Notes under the pieces: model-generated
What the model saw: the letters and a program-made list of their open reading frames with translations, nothing else
Database searches by the model: none
Told to the model about the DNA's origin: nothing
NCBI GenBank assembly: GCA_963790825.1
Contig: CAWBPM010000003.1
Span: forward strand, 189,681 to 253,680
DNA: 64,000 nt
Source: Candidatus Levyibacteriota bacterium
GTDB lineage: Bacteria > Patescibacteriota > Microgenomatia > Levybacterales > UBA12049
Direction: 5' to 3'
Part shown: positions 52,574-61,842 of the stretch, piece after piece
How positions within the stretch are numbered: the first letter of the stretch is position 1
Layout: each line of letters starts with the position of its first letter
Translations under genes and position numbers: made by a program

Positions 52574-53291
52574 ATATTACAGCAAACATAAATCTCTCAA
52601 CATACGAATTATTATCCGATCAATAAGTTTGGGGGTGTCCCTGTGCGGATTATTGTCGCTCATGTACTTTGCACTTCCACTTCTCTCCTGGCAACTTTAC
52701 CTCGCTCCTGCGTTCGCTTCGCAAAACTTGGCGCTTCCAATTCCGAAAACGACTGTTATAAGCGGGCCTAGCATTACAAGTCTTGTTCAGTCGACAGCAA
52801 GTGTTATTTCGGGAACTGATTATTCTGATGCTTCCAATTGGTTCCCAAGCTACAAAGATGTGAATATCGTTACCACCCAGACAACCTATCTTCTCTCAAT
52901 TCCAAAAATCAACGTTTATAATGCTGTCGTTTCAACTGCCGATACAAACCTCAATATACATCTCGTTCATTACGGAGGAACCCCGCTTCCTCCAAACAAC
53001 GGTAATGCAATTATTTTTGGACATTCTACGCTTCCGCAGTTATTTGATCCAAAAAACTATAAAACTATTTTTGCTAATGCGCATTTACTGCAGGTCGGCG
53101 ATACCGTTACCGCGACAATTAACGGCGTTGGGTATGAATATAAAATCTACCAGATAGTTATCATAGATCCTGAGGATACGAGTATGCTTGCGCAGGATTT
53201 CAGTGACAGTTTTATTACACTTGTCACCTGCACACCACCCGGAACGACCTGGAAAAGGCTGGTCATCAGAGCCAGACTTGAAAAATTATAA
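52566..53291 (+). CDS. Sortase
   Basis: LSIPKI, IIFGHS, TLVTC and RLVIRA. Confidence 0.92.
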   Translation: MVKYYSKHKSLNIRIIIRSISLGVSLCGLLSLMYFALPLLSWQLYLAPAFASQNLALPIPKTTVISGPSITSLVQSTASVISGTDYSDASNWFPSYKDVNIVTTQTTYLLSIPKINVYNAVVSTADTNLNIHLVHYGGTPLPPNNGNAIIFGHSTLPQLFDPKNYKTIFANAHLLQVGDTVTATINGVGYEYKIYQIVIIDPEDTSMLAQDFSDSFITLVTCTPPGTTWKRLVIRARLEKL

Positions 53292-53316
53292 TCATTCCGG
53301 TTACAATAAATTAGTT

Positions 53317-53469
53317 ATGTGGGAAAGAAATAGATACCAAGCGCTTTTGATTCGAGTTTGGCCAACCATAAATCATGCAATTAACGGAACACTTTATTTT
53401 CTCTACTCAGTAACAAAAAGCAGTTTTAAGCTGGCTTGGGAACAAATTAAAGGAAGCTTCCACACATGA
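53317..53469 (+). CDS. Small hypothetical protein (50 aa)
   Basis: ATG after TACAAT; ATGA overlap with the next gene. Confidence 0.45.
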   Translation: MWERNRYQALLIRVWPTINHAINGTLYFLYSVTKSSFKLAWEQIKGSFHT

Positions 53470-54740
53470 CAGAAGAAGAATTGGCGCTCGACAGTATACG
53501 GAAAAAACTCGTCGGAAAAACACTTACTTACCAAGAAATTTACGCAATCATGGATGAAATTGCACACAAAAGGCTTGGTAGTGTTTTGACGACATATTTT
53601 GCTGCCTCAGGATACGCTAAAGGCTTTTCAGATGAAGAAATTTATTTTCTCACGAAGGCTATGGTCGAAACCGGTGAAAGACTTCAATTCAAGGGAATTG
53701 TGGCAGACAAGCATTCAATTGGCGGAGTACCCGGAACCAGAACAACGATGATCGTGGTTCCGATTGTGGCTGCAGCAGGATTTACAACTCCGAAAAGTTC
53801 CAGTCGTGCCATTACTACACCCGGCGGTACTGCGGATGATATGGAGGTATTGGCTCCGGTTACTTTTAGCAAAGAGCAAATTTATAAAATCGTTAAGGAA
53901 ACAAGCGGTTGTATTGTGTGGGGAGGCAGCTTTCATATTGCTCCTGCCGATGATGTTCTTATCAAAGTTGAATCACCGCTGATGTTTGAAAGCTATGATA
54001 AAATTCTGGTTTCTATTATGGCTAAAAAAATTGCTTTCGGTTCAAATCATGTCATTATCGATTTACCTTACGGAGAATATGTAAAATTACACAGGTTAGT
54101 AGATGCAGAGCTTCTGGCTGAAAAATTTAAAAAGCTTGCCCAGCGATTTGGTATTAAAATCAGTGTTCTGATCCACAAAACCAATGAACCGGCAGGGCGG
54201 GGAATTGGACCTGTTCTAGAAGCACGGGAAGCACTCCGCGTTCTTGAACAAACTGATGACCGTCCAAAAGACCTTGAAGAACGGTCGCTTAATTTAGCAG
54301 GAGAGCTTCTCAATCTTTGTCTCAGTGATGCACCTGAAACGCTCAGGCAAAAAATTAAAAGCGAATTTGCTACTCCGACCGGTTGGGCTTCCTATATTCT
54401 AACCTCCGGTCATGCGCATAAAAAAATGCAAGAGATTATAAAAGCCCAGGGGGGCAACCCAGATATACGCAGTAATGAATTAAAACCGGCTAAACTTTCT
54501 TACAAGGTCCAAGCAAAAACTGATGGAAAAATAAAAAAAATCAACTGTAAAAATATCTCCCTACTGGCCAAGATACTGGGTAACCCGGCTGAAAAAGAGG
54601 CAGGCATGTACCTGAATAAAAAAATCGGCGACACTGTTTCTCGGGGAGAAACCGTTTGTACTTTTTTTGCAAATAACGAACATAAACTAAAAGAAGCAGC
54701 AGAATCGCTCTCGAATTTTCCTATTATGTCTGTTGAATAA
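53466..54740 (+). CDS. AMP phosphorylase / thymidine phosphorylase family
   Basis: DKHSIGGVPG, PKSSSRAITTPGGTAD, WGG..APADD, SIMAKK, GRGIGPVLEA (archaeal AMP-phosphorylase type). Confidence 0.88.
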   Translation: MTEEELALDSIRKKLVGKTLTYQEIYAIMDEIAHKRLGSVLTTYFAASGYAKGFSDEEIYFLTKAMVETGERLQFKGIVADKHSIGGVPGTRTTMIVVPIVAAAGFTTPKSSSRAITTPGGTADDMEVLAPVTFSKEQIYKIVKETSGCIVWGGSFHIAPADDVLIKVESPLMFESYDKILVSIMAKKIAFGSNHVIIDLPYGEYVKLHRLVDAELLAEKFKKLAQRFGIKISVLIHKTNEPAGRGIGPVLEAREALRVLEQTDDRPKDLEERSLNLAGELLNLCLSDAPETLRQKIKSEFATPTGWASYILTSGHAHKKMQEIIKAQGGNPDIRSNELKPAKLSYKVQAKTDGKIKKINCKNISLLAKILGNPAEKEAGMYLNKKIGDTVSRGETVCTFFANNEHKLKEAAESLSNFPIMSVE

Positions 54741-54745
54741 ATGTT

Positions 54746-55702
54746 ATGAGGAAGTTTTTTCGTTTTTTACTTATTATTATTTTTCTTGGGGGAATTGGTT
54801 TTATATGCTGGAGTTATGAGCTGCAACCCGCAGACAGCAGTAATTACTCATCCCAAATTTTTACCATAACACCCGGGGAGGGTGTCAAACAAATAGGCAC
54901 AAGCCTGGAAAGCAAGGGATTAATCAAAAACTCTCTTGCATTTTATTTGTTCGTTAAGCAGTCAGGAATTGAAAATAAGATCCAAGCCGGAGATTTTCAG
55001 CTATCTCCATCTTTAAGCTTGAAGCAAATCGCAAATAAATTAACGGCAAATACGCTTGATATCTGGGTAACAATTTCTGAAGGAAAACGCGCAGAGGAAA
55101 TTGCCGATCTTTTCGAAAGTAAATTACCTCATTTTAGCCAGTCCTGGAGAAAAGCATTGGACAAAGAGGAAGGATATCTCTTTCCCGATACCTATCTTAT
55201 CCCCCACGGAGCTGATATTAAGCAAATTGTTTCCCTCATGAAAAATAATTTTGCTAAGAAATATGCCAGTATTGATCCAAATCCTGATAGCAAACTTAGT
55301 CAACAAGAGATTGTGACGATTGCTTCAATGGTCGAACGTGAAGCACGGTTCCCCGATGATCAACCATTAGTAGCATCGGTTATTCTCAATCGATTAAATC
55401 TTGGTATGCCGCTTCAGATTGATTCTACAATCCAGTACGCGCTTGGCTACCAAACAGGGGAGAATACATGGTGGAAAAAAAAGCTAACTTTGAATGACTT
55501 GGAGATTGACTCACCGTATAATACTTATACTCAGACAGGGCTTCCCCCTACCCCTATCGCAAATCCTGGTTTAGGTGCCTTAAAAGCAGCAGTTCACCCG
55601 GCAGATACTTCATATTTATATTATATTTCGGATAAATACGGACATAATCACTATGCAAAAACGTTGAGCGAGCAGAATGCAAATATACAAAAGTATGAGT
55701 AG
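54746..55702 (+). CDS. mltG: Endolytic transglycosylase MltG
   Basis: EGYLFPDTY, ASMVERE, LQIDST, SPYNTY..GLPPTPIANPG. Confidence 0.95.
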   Translation: MRKFFRFLLIIIFLGGIGFICWSYELQPADSSNYSSQIFTITPGEGVKQIGTSLESKGLIKNSLAFYLFVKQSGIENKIQAGDFQLSPSLSLKQIANKLTANTLDIWVTISEGKRAEEIADLFESKLPHFSQSWRKALDKEEGYLFPDTYLIPHGADIKQIVSLMKNNFAKKYASIDPNPDSKLSQQEIVTIASMVEREARFPDDQPLVASVILNRLNLGMPLQIDSTIQYALGYQTGENTWWKKKLTLNDLEIDSPYNTYTQTGLPPTPIANPGLGALKAAVHPADTSYLYYISDKYGHNHYAKTLSEQNANIQKYE

Positions 55703-55708
55703 TAGATA

Positions 55709-56158
55709 TTATTTTCTTTTGAAAAAGCGGCGGATTGTACTCGTTTTTTGAGTCTCATGTTTTACTTTTACTTCCCCATGCGGTTCGTTTTTTAAGTCTT
55801 TGTGTGTAGATTTTTCTTGATTTTCCGGATTATTGACTTCTTTATCTGTTTTTTCCGCTTTTACTGTTTGCTCCGGGCTCTTTTCTGTTTCTTTAAGGTC
55901 AATTTTTACTTCCTCTTCATCTTCATCATCAACAACTTCTTCCATCCCGTCTTCATCAGTTTTTTCGAAGAGTTTTTCCTGCTCATTTGTAATGACCTCT
56001 TCAAGATCTGAAAACTTATTTAATCCCTCATCGATAATATTTCGCAGTAGCTCACGGCCTTTTTTCGTGGTTAAGAGGAGGGTTAATACAATTCCTAACA
56101 AGAATCCAAGAAAAAAACCACCTCCGCGTGTTTGGTCGCATGTACATTTATGATCCAT
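55709..56158 (-). CDS. YtxH-like protein
   Basis: GFFLGFLLG..LLLTTKKGRELL, then acidic tail. Confidence 0.65.
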   Translation of the reverse strand: MDHKCTCDQTRGGGFFLGFLLGIVLTLLLTTKKGRELLRNIIDEGLNKFSDLEEVITNEQEKLFEKTDEDGMEEVVDDEDEEEVKIDLKETEKSPEQTVKAEKTDKEVNNPENQEKSTHKDLKNEPHGEVKVKHETQKTSTIRRFFKRK

Positions 56159-56160
56159 TT

Positions 56161-56463
56161 TTACTCCTTTTTGTGCTTGTGTTCTGAAGATTCTTTTCCA
56201 TCCCGGCTTAATAACGATCTGACCAGCTTAACGAGAACCAGAATCGATCCTCCTTTTAAGCTGCCCACAAGTGCAGATACCGTTGCCAGAGGACCCGACA
56301 CACTATCTGTCAGATTATTGGCATTGTCCAAAACATGATTTGCTTTTCGAATCGTTTTATGGAAATCTGTTAGAATAAAAAATACTTGAATTCCCAGAGC
56401 TACCAGAAGAACAGTTAAAATAATAATAACGATTAGCAAAACGAGTTGGACAGAATCAATCAT
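56161..56463 (-). CDS. DUF948-like small membrane protein
   Basis: TM plus coiled coil, adjacent to the YtxH-like gene. Confidence 0.55.
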   Translation of the reverse strand: MIDSVQLVLLIVIIILTVLLVALGIQVFFILTDFHKTIRKANHVLDNANNLTDSVSGPLATVSALVGSLKGGSILVLVKLVRSLLSRDGKESSEHKHKKE

Positions 56464-56530
56464 ATTATTTAGTTTACCCTCCCCACCTCATCTATGTCAA
56501 GAATGAAATGGGTAAGAAAAAGCGTTGATT

Positions 56531-57160
56531 TTACCTTACCGTTATTTTGCGTTCAATTACCGTTTCTTTGCCAAACGTGTTTTTTGCAATGATTCTGATA
56601 ATTGATGGTCCGGGAAAAATAGTCAGATGCTTAGTAAATTTACCGTCCGAGTCAAGCGCAACCTGATTATTATTGATCGAGACATCTGAACTGCTTTCGG
56701 CTTTCCCTATGACAATTACATCTGAGGAAACTACTGCATTATTTTTTGGCGAACTTACACTAAGACCGGGATTCATAAAAACCGCACGATATTGGAAAAG
56801 TAAAAATCCTGTCAGGAGAAGAAAAATACCAACCAGTACAAAAAAAGTGCCCGAGAAATGAATTTTATGAATATTAATTGGTTTCTTTTCCGTCATCTCT
56901 AAAGGCAAAACTTTTACGTCTTTATCTGTTGCAAATTCACGTCGGAAAAGCGGCAATATGTCTTTTTTGGAAAGTCCCAAAAATTCAGCATAGGTAATTA
57001 CAAATCCTTCGGCATAGGTAGGAGAGGGTAGCTTCTGATATTCTCCTTTTTCAATCGCCTGAAGAAAGGCCGGCCGAATTTTAGTCTCAGCAGCAACGGC
57101 GTCAATAGTTAATTTTTTACGTACACGTTCATCGTGCAGCTTCTGGTACACTCGAATCAT
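56531..57160 (-). CDS. RodZ-like HTH membrane protein
   Basis: TKIRPAFLQAIEKG..LPSPTYAEGF..YAEFLGL, TM, Ig-like C-terminus. Confidence 0.85.
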   Translation of the reverse strand: MIRVYQKLHDERVRKKLTIDAVAAETKIRPAFLQAIEKGEYQKLPSPTYAEGFVITYAEFLGLSKKDILPLFRREFATDKDVKVLPLEMTEKKPINIHKIHFSGTFFVLVGIFLLLTGFLLFQYRAVFMNPGLSVSSPKNNAVVSSDVIVIGKAESSSDVSINNNQVALDSDGKFTKHLTIFPGPSIIRIIAKNTFGKETVIERKITVR

Positions 57161-57205
57161 ACTAAGATTTTCTTGTGAAAGTTCACTTATGCAATATGCA
57201 GATAC

Positions 57206-59350
57206 TTATTGCATTTGTTGGTTTTGTAAGAACTCTTCGGCATTACGAACGAGCACATCCCGCGGTTTTGAACCTTCGGCATGCCCGACAACTCCTGCTT
57301 CTTCCAATTGATCAAGAATTCTGGCAGCCCGTGAATAGCCGATTGACATTTTGCGCTGCAGGAAGGATGCGGAGGCGGTATCAAATTGACAAACAAGTCT
57401 CACTACATCTTCAAACATCTCGTCTTTCTCGCCCAGACCACCTGCTCCGCTACTCCTACTGTTCTTACTGTTTACTTGCTGAGTAAGAATCTCTTCTGTG
57501 TATTCAACCGGAAAATTTTTGGCTTTCAGAAAATCTACCAGATTCTTAATTTCCCTCTCCGAAACAAATGCTCCCTGAATACGGGTCGGTTTTGCCTGGT
57601 CAGGAGGAATATAAAGCATATCCCCTCTTCCCAGTAGTTTCTCGGCGCCGGGTGAATCCAGGATAACTCGAGAATCCATCATTGAAGATACGTTAAAAGC
57701 AATACGGGTAGGAATATTCGCTTTAATAAGGCCTGTGATAACATTAACCGAGGGACGCTGGGTAGAAATTACCAGGTGAATACCAACCGCACGTGCCATT
57801 TGGGCAAGTCTGGTTACGGTATCTTCAACTTCAACCGGTGCAAACATCATCAAATCCGCCAGTTCATCGACAATAATTATGATAAACGGCATTGCCTGAA
57901 AACCCGAAAGTTCATTATATGCATCAATATTTCTAACTCCCCGCTCTGCAAAAATCCTATACCGTCTATCCATTTCCCCTGTTGCCCACTTCAGAGCAGA
58001 TAAAATTTTCTCAACTTCGACAATGACCGGTGTTAAAAGATGAGGAATATGGTTGTATCCGGTGAATTCGACCCGTTTGGGATCAATCATAATAAGCTTT
58101 ACCTCTGTCGGCGATGCGCGGAAAAGAAGTGTCGCGATAAATGCATTCAGAAGAACCGACTTGCCTGAACCGGTTGTACCGGCTATAAGAACATGCGGCA
58201 TTCTCGCGATATCGACAACCAGCGGATTACCCGATACATCAAGTCCCATCGCTACTGTTAATTTCGACCGGCTTTTCTGCATAGTGTTAGACGAGAGCAT
58301 AGTCCGAAGCGTTACCAGTTCCAGTGAGCGATTGGGAATTTCGATACCGATTAAGTTTCTCCCCGGAATCGGCGCTTCGATACGAATTTGACCTGTAGGC
58401 GCTTCTGTAGCAAGCGCCAGATCATTTGCCAAGGCTGTGATTTTCGAAACTTTTGTCCCCAGAGCAATTTCGAGCGCATACTGGGTAACTGCCGGACCTA
58501 AGTTTACCTCCGCTACTCTGGCTTCTATTCCAAAACTCTGGAGAGTTTTTTCTATTACCGAGGCTACTTTATTAATATCTCCTCTGTCTGCTTTTTTTCC
58601 GGAGCTTTCAGAAAGCAAAGACAGGGGCGGATGTTCCCAAATTCCGGGTCCTACATTTGTCAACACATTTGCAACTAGTTTATCCGTCAATCCATCCTGA
58701 TCTTTTTTTTGTACTTTCGGGTCTTCACCGGGTTTTTTCTGAAAAGGCAAGGGCTGCTGTTCTACATCTTTTTGTCCGCCTTTTATAGTAATCGGTCTGT
58801 TCCGGTTAAATGTATGTCTTCCTCCGGCGAAGGAAAAAAGCTTCATGGGCACTAGCCGGTGAGTATTTTTCCCAATTATTCCAAGCACTTGTAGAATTTC
58901 GTCAATTGACGTATCAAAAAAGACAATATTTCCTACGATGAAACCGGTAATAAAAACAATATCCGCACCGGGTACAGTAAGAATTTCTTTGAAGACAGTA
59001 AAGAGCTGTGTACCGATACTGCCGGTACGGGAAAGTCCCAGAAGAGAGATAAAAAGCACTAAAAATCCGACTGCAACATTGACGCGCGAGATGTAGATTT
59101 TCAGCCTGAGAAACAGAAAACCGAAGAATACAAGATTGAGAGGAAAAATAATTCCCAACCATCCAAACTTATCCGATAAAAAGGTATGAATACGAACTAA
59201 TTCTCTGCTATTAGTGAATGAAAGAAAAAGAAGCGTTGCAAATAGAAGAAGGAGTAAGCCGGTAACCGTATAGACAGTTGTTTTCTTAAGCTTAAATTTC
59301 ACTTTCCTGTATGATCTTCTTCTCCTTCTAACTAATTTTCTTGCGGGCAT
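57206..59350 (-). CDS. ftsK: DNA translocase FtsK/SpoIIIE
   Basis: PHVLIAGTTGSGKS, DELADLM, TQRPSV and gamma domain SASFLQRKMSIGYSRAARI. Confidence 0.97.
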   Translation of the reverse strand: MPARKLVRRRRRSYRKVKFKLKKTTVYTVTGLLLLLFATLLFLSFTNSRELVRIHTFLSDKFGWLGIIFPLNLVFFGFLFLRLKIYISRVNVAVGFLVLFISLLGLSRTGSIGTQLFTVFKEILTVPGADIVFITGFIVGNIVFFDTSIDEILQVLGIIGKNTHRLVPMKLFSFAGGRHTFNRNRPITIKGGQKDVEQQPLPFQKKPGEDPKVQKKDQDGLTDKLVANVLTNVGPGIWEHPPLSLLSESSGKKADRGDINKVASVIEKTLQSFGIEARVAEVNLGPAVTQYALEIALGTKVSKITALANDLALATEAPTGQIRIEAPIPGRNLIGIEIPNRSLELVTLRTMLSSNTMQKSRSKLTVAMGLDVSGNPLVVDIARMPHVLIAGTTGSGKSVLLNAFIATLLFRASPTEVKLIMIDPKRVEFTGYNHIPHLLTPVIVEVEKILSALKWATGEMDRRYRIFAERGVRNIDAYNELSGFQAMPFIIIIVDELADLMMFAPVEVEDTVTRLAQMARAVGIHLVISTQRPSVNVITGLIKANIPTRIAFNVSSMMDSRVILDSPGAEKLLGRGDMLYIPPDQAKPTRIQGAFVSEREIKNLVDFLKAKNFPVEYTEEILTQQVNSKNSRSSGAGGLGEKDEMFEDVVRLVCQFDTASASFLQRKMSIGYSRAARILDQLEEAGVVGHAEGSKPRDVLVRNAEEFLQNQQMQ

Positions 59351-59452
59351 AGATGTATTATAAGTACAAGAGAACTAGAACGCAAATATGTTAATACACT
59401 AAAGTTTTTCTTGTAATGATATGAAAAATAGAAAGTAAATTAGTAAATCGGA

Positions 59453-61825
59453 TTAAATACCAGACAACAATACAGTTTTACTGCCAGTTTTATTATCCCG
59501 CCAATTTGGATCAGCCGCTTCACTTTCTGAATAACCAGGCTGGTTATTATAGTTAAGACTTCTATACTCTCTTCCATTATGGGTAAACGCATTTGTTCCT
59601 GGTCTGCGTGGAGTATTCTCAGGTTTACCACCGTTTCTCTTTATTCTATTCACTTCAATTTCTTTCCACTCAGGAGTTTCAGCCAATGTACGCAAAATTT
59701 CTTGTATTTCGCTCTGTTCATCTGCGTAGACTGCAATACGAGGATCTGTACTTGTTAGTTCGTTGTACTGACCAACATTATCAGGATTGGAAACGTATTG
59801 TGCCATATCAGCGGCATTACCATGTTTTGGATAAGTCATAACTAACCATTTAAAATCCGTATTTTTCCCTTCGGCTTTTCTTTGTTCTCCAATATGCATG
59901 AGGATATCCAAAGCTTTCGGCATATCTTCTGGTTCAATCATAGCGTATCCTCTATATAAATCATCGCTGTGTTTTTGCAGACTATCTCCATAGGTGACAT
60001 GCTGCCATAAGAACTTACCAGCAGTTAGAAAGCCGGGAGATATTTGAACTTCGCCATTTCTCTGCAATACTTGGAGCTCTTGCTGAGATTTAAGTAATGC
60101 TTCGTGTGTCGATTTTTGTAACTCAGTATCTTGTACATAGGGGAGTGGCGATGTTTCTTGTTTATCAGGTTCGGCAGTAGCGTAAATTAACTCATCCACA
60201 GGGACAGCTGTATTACTTCCTTTTATGAATACATAGTCGCGGCCATCCGGCCCCTTTCCCGCAAACCCAATTACTTCAACCGGTTGATCATAATTTTTAT
60301 TTTTCCAGGTAGCCTGACCGGGCTGAAATCCTGCAGACGGAGTTGCATCCGGTGTCTGAGGAGCTATTGGTTGTGTAGGAGGGTTATTTGCAAGTTGAAA
60401 CGCTTCTTGTTCTCTCACTATTTCATCCGGAAGAGCAGATAAATTAATAACCACTGCTTTACGCGTCACGCCCTTAACCTGTATTGTAAGTGGATGGAAT
60501 GCCTGTGGTGTGTCTATATCAATACCAAGTTGTACGACTATCCCTATGTTTCTCATTTGCTGTTGCCAATCTAATAACTTTGCTTTTTCTTCTGCGTGTT
60601 CCCTAAAGAATTTTATATTAGTTAAAAGTGGATATAATACTTTTAGTTTGTGTTCTGTTAAGTCCAGATTAATGACACCAGAAATCCATATTTCTTCTTC
60701 TTCCGGACCACCGACAATATGAATTTGTTCTGACCTGATTTGTCCAAGTATTTGGCTTAAGCTGGTCTCCCCATACTTATTATCACTCATAAACTTATCC
60801 AACTCGATCGGAAGCTTAAGTTCTTGTAATAAATTTGCACACTGCTGCTTATACTCATCGATATTTTCCGGATATTTCATTTCTTGCTCTTTTTGCTGAC
60901 CAGTGTCAGTATCCGGAGAAGCCGGTGGAGTTAGCGGCTGAGTCTGTGCCGGCTCTTGCGGGCGATTTTCCCAAAGAAGATTCAATAGCTCTTTTTCCCG
61001 ATCTGTTAAATTATTAATACGCAGAGTTCCATTATTGTCTGATCTTTCATTTACCTTATCTGTAAAAACGGCCAATGTTTTTTCGTCGTAGTCTATTCGA
61101 CATGTATCCACCAGATCTGTGATTATTTCAGATGAGTTATTGCCAAAAATTTTGCCGAGCCATAAGATACCTTCCATATCCTGCTGTAGCCGCTCAATAT
61201 CAATTTTTTTATCATCCAGTACATATTGATCCAATATGTCACGGACAAAATCTTCTATTCGTGATTTACCAGTCGCTTCGTCAAAATACTTTGCGTATAT
61301 GTTCTTTGCATCTTCTTCAGTAAAGTTTGTCGCATCAAATTTAAGTTTTTTATATAAGACGTTCCAGCTTTCGCCTTTGCCGCCGGGAGTAGCAAAGAAA
61401 TCTTTGTTGTTGGTAAAGATACTTTTTACTTCTTTTCGCCACGTTTCTTTTTGCCTTTCAAAATCGGTAATTCCTTCATTTCGCCAATAATTTCTTCTTT
61501 CTGCGTCTGATGTTCGATTGACTGTGGCGTATAGCCTTTCTGGCTCCCCTTCATGATCTAACTTGAGAGTTTCCGGACTAAGAGGATCTAAGTCAGTTTT
61601 ATTAGGATCTAGTGCTTCAACACCCATAAACAGGCGTGCTTGAAGACCGATGTTTGCCCTAAGAACAACTTCTTTTTCACGAGTTTCGAGAGTACCTTCC
61701 GGTTGGGTTATATCTACTTGTACTTCTCCGGCATCTGCAGATTCTCCTTGCGGTGCAGGCCTAAAAGGATCCGGTTGAGAATTATCTACTTGAGGTTCTG
61801 AGCTAAGAGCAGCTTCTGTTGGCAT
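59453..61825 (-). CDS. Large multi-domain hypothetical protein
   Basis: 790-aa acidic ORF with Pro/Gln linkers between globular segments. Confidence 0.75.
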   Translation of the reverse strand: MPTEAALSSEPQVDNSQPDPFRPAPQGESADAGEVQVDITQPEGTLETREKEVVLRANIGLQARLFMGVEALDPNKTDLDPLSPETLKLDHEGEPERLYATVNRTSDAERRNYWRNEGITDFERQKETWRKEVKSIFTNNKDFFATPGGKGESWNVLYKKLKFDATNFTEEDAKNIYAKYFDEATGKSRIEDFVRDILDQYVLDDKKIDIERLQQDMEGILWLGKIFGNNSSEIITDLVDTCRIDYDEKTLAVFTDKVNERSDNNGTLRINNLTDREKELLNLLWENRPQEPAQTQPLTPPASPDTDTGQQKEQEMKYPENIDEYKQQCANLLQELKLPIELDKFMSDNKYGETSLSQILGQIRSEQIHIVGGPEEEEIWISGVINLDLTEHKLKVLYPLLTNIKFFREHAEEKAKLLDWQQQMRNIGIVVQLGIDIDTPQAFHPLTIQVKGVTRKAVVINLSALPDEIVREQEAFQLANNPPTQPIAPQTPDATPSAGFQPGQATWKNKNYDQPVEVIGFAGKGPDGRDYVFIKGSNTAVPVDELIYATAEPDKQETSPLPYVQDTELQKSTHEALLKSQQELQVLQRNGEVQISPGFLTAGKFLWQHVTYGDSLQKHSDDLYRGYAMIEPEDMPKALDILMHIGEQRKAEGKNTDFKWLVMTYPKHGNAADMAQYVSNPDNVGQYNELTSTDPRIAVYADEQSEIQEILRTLAETPEWKEIEVNRIKRNGGKPENTPRRPGTNAFTHNGREYRSLNYNNQPGYSESEAADPNWRDNKTGSKTVLLSGI

Positions 61826-61842
61826 ATATCAATTGTAGCATT

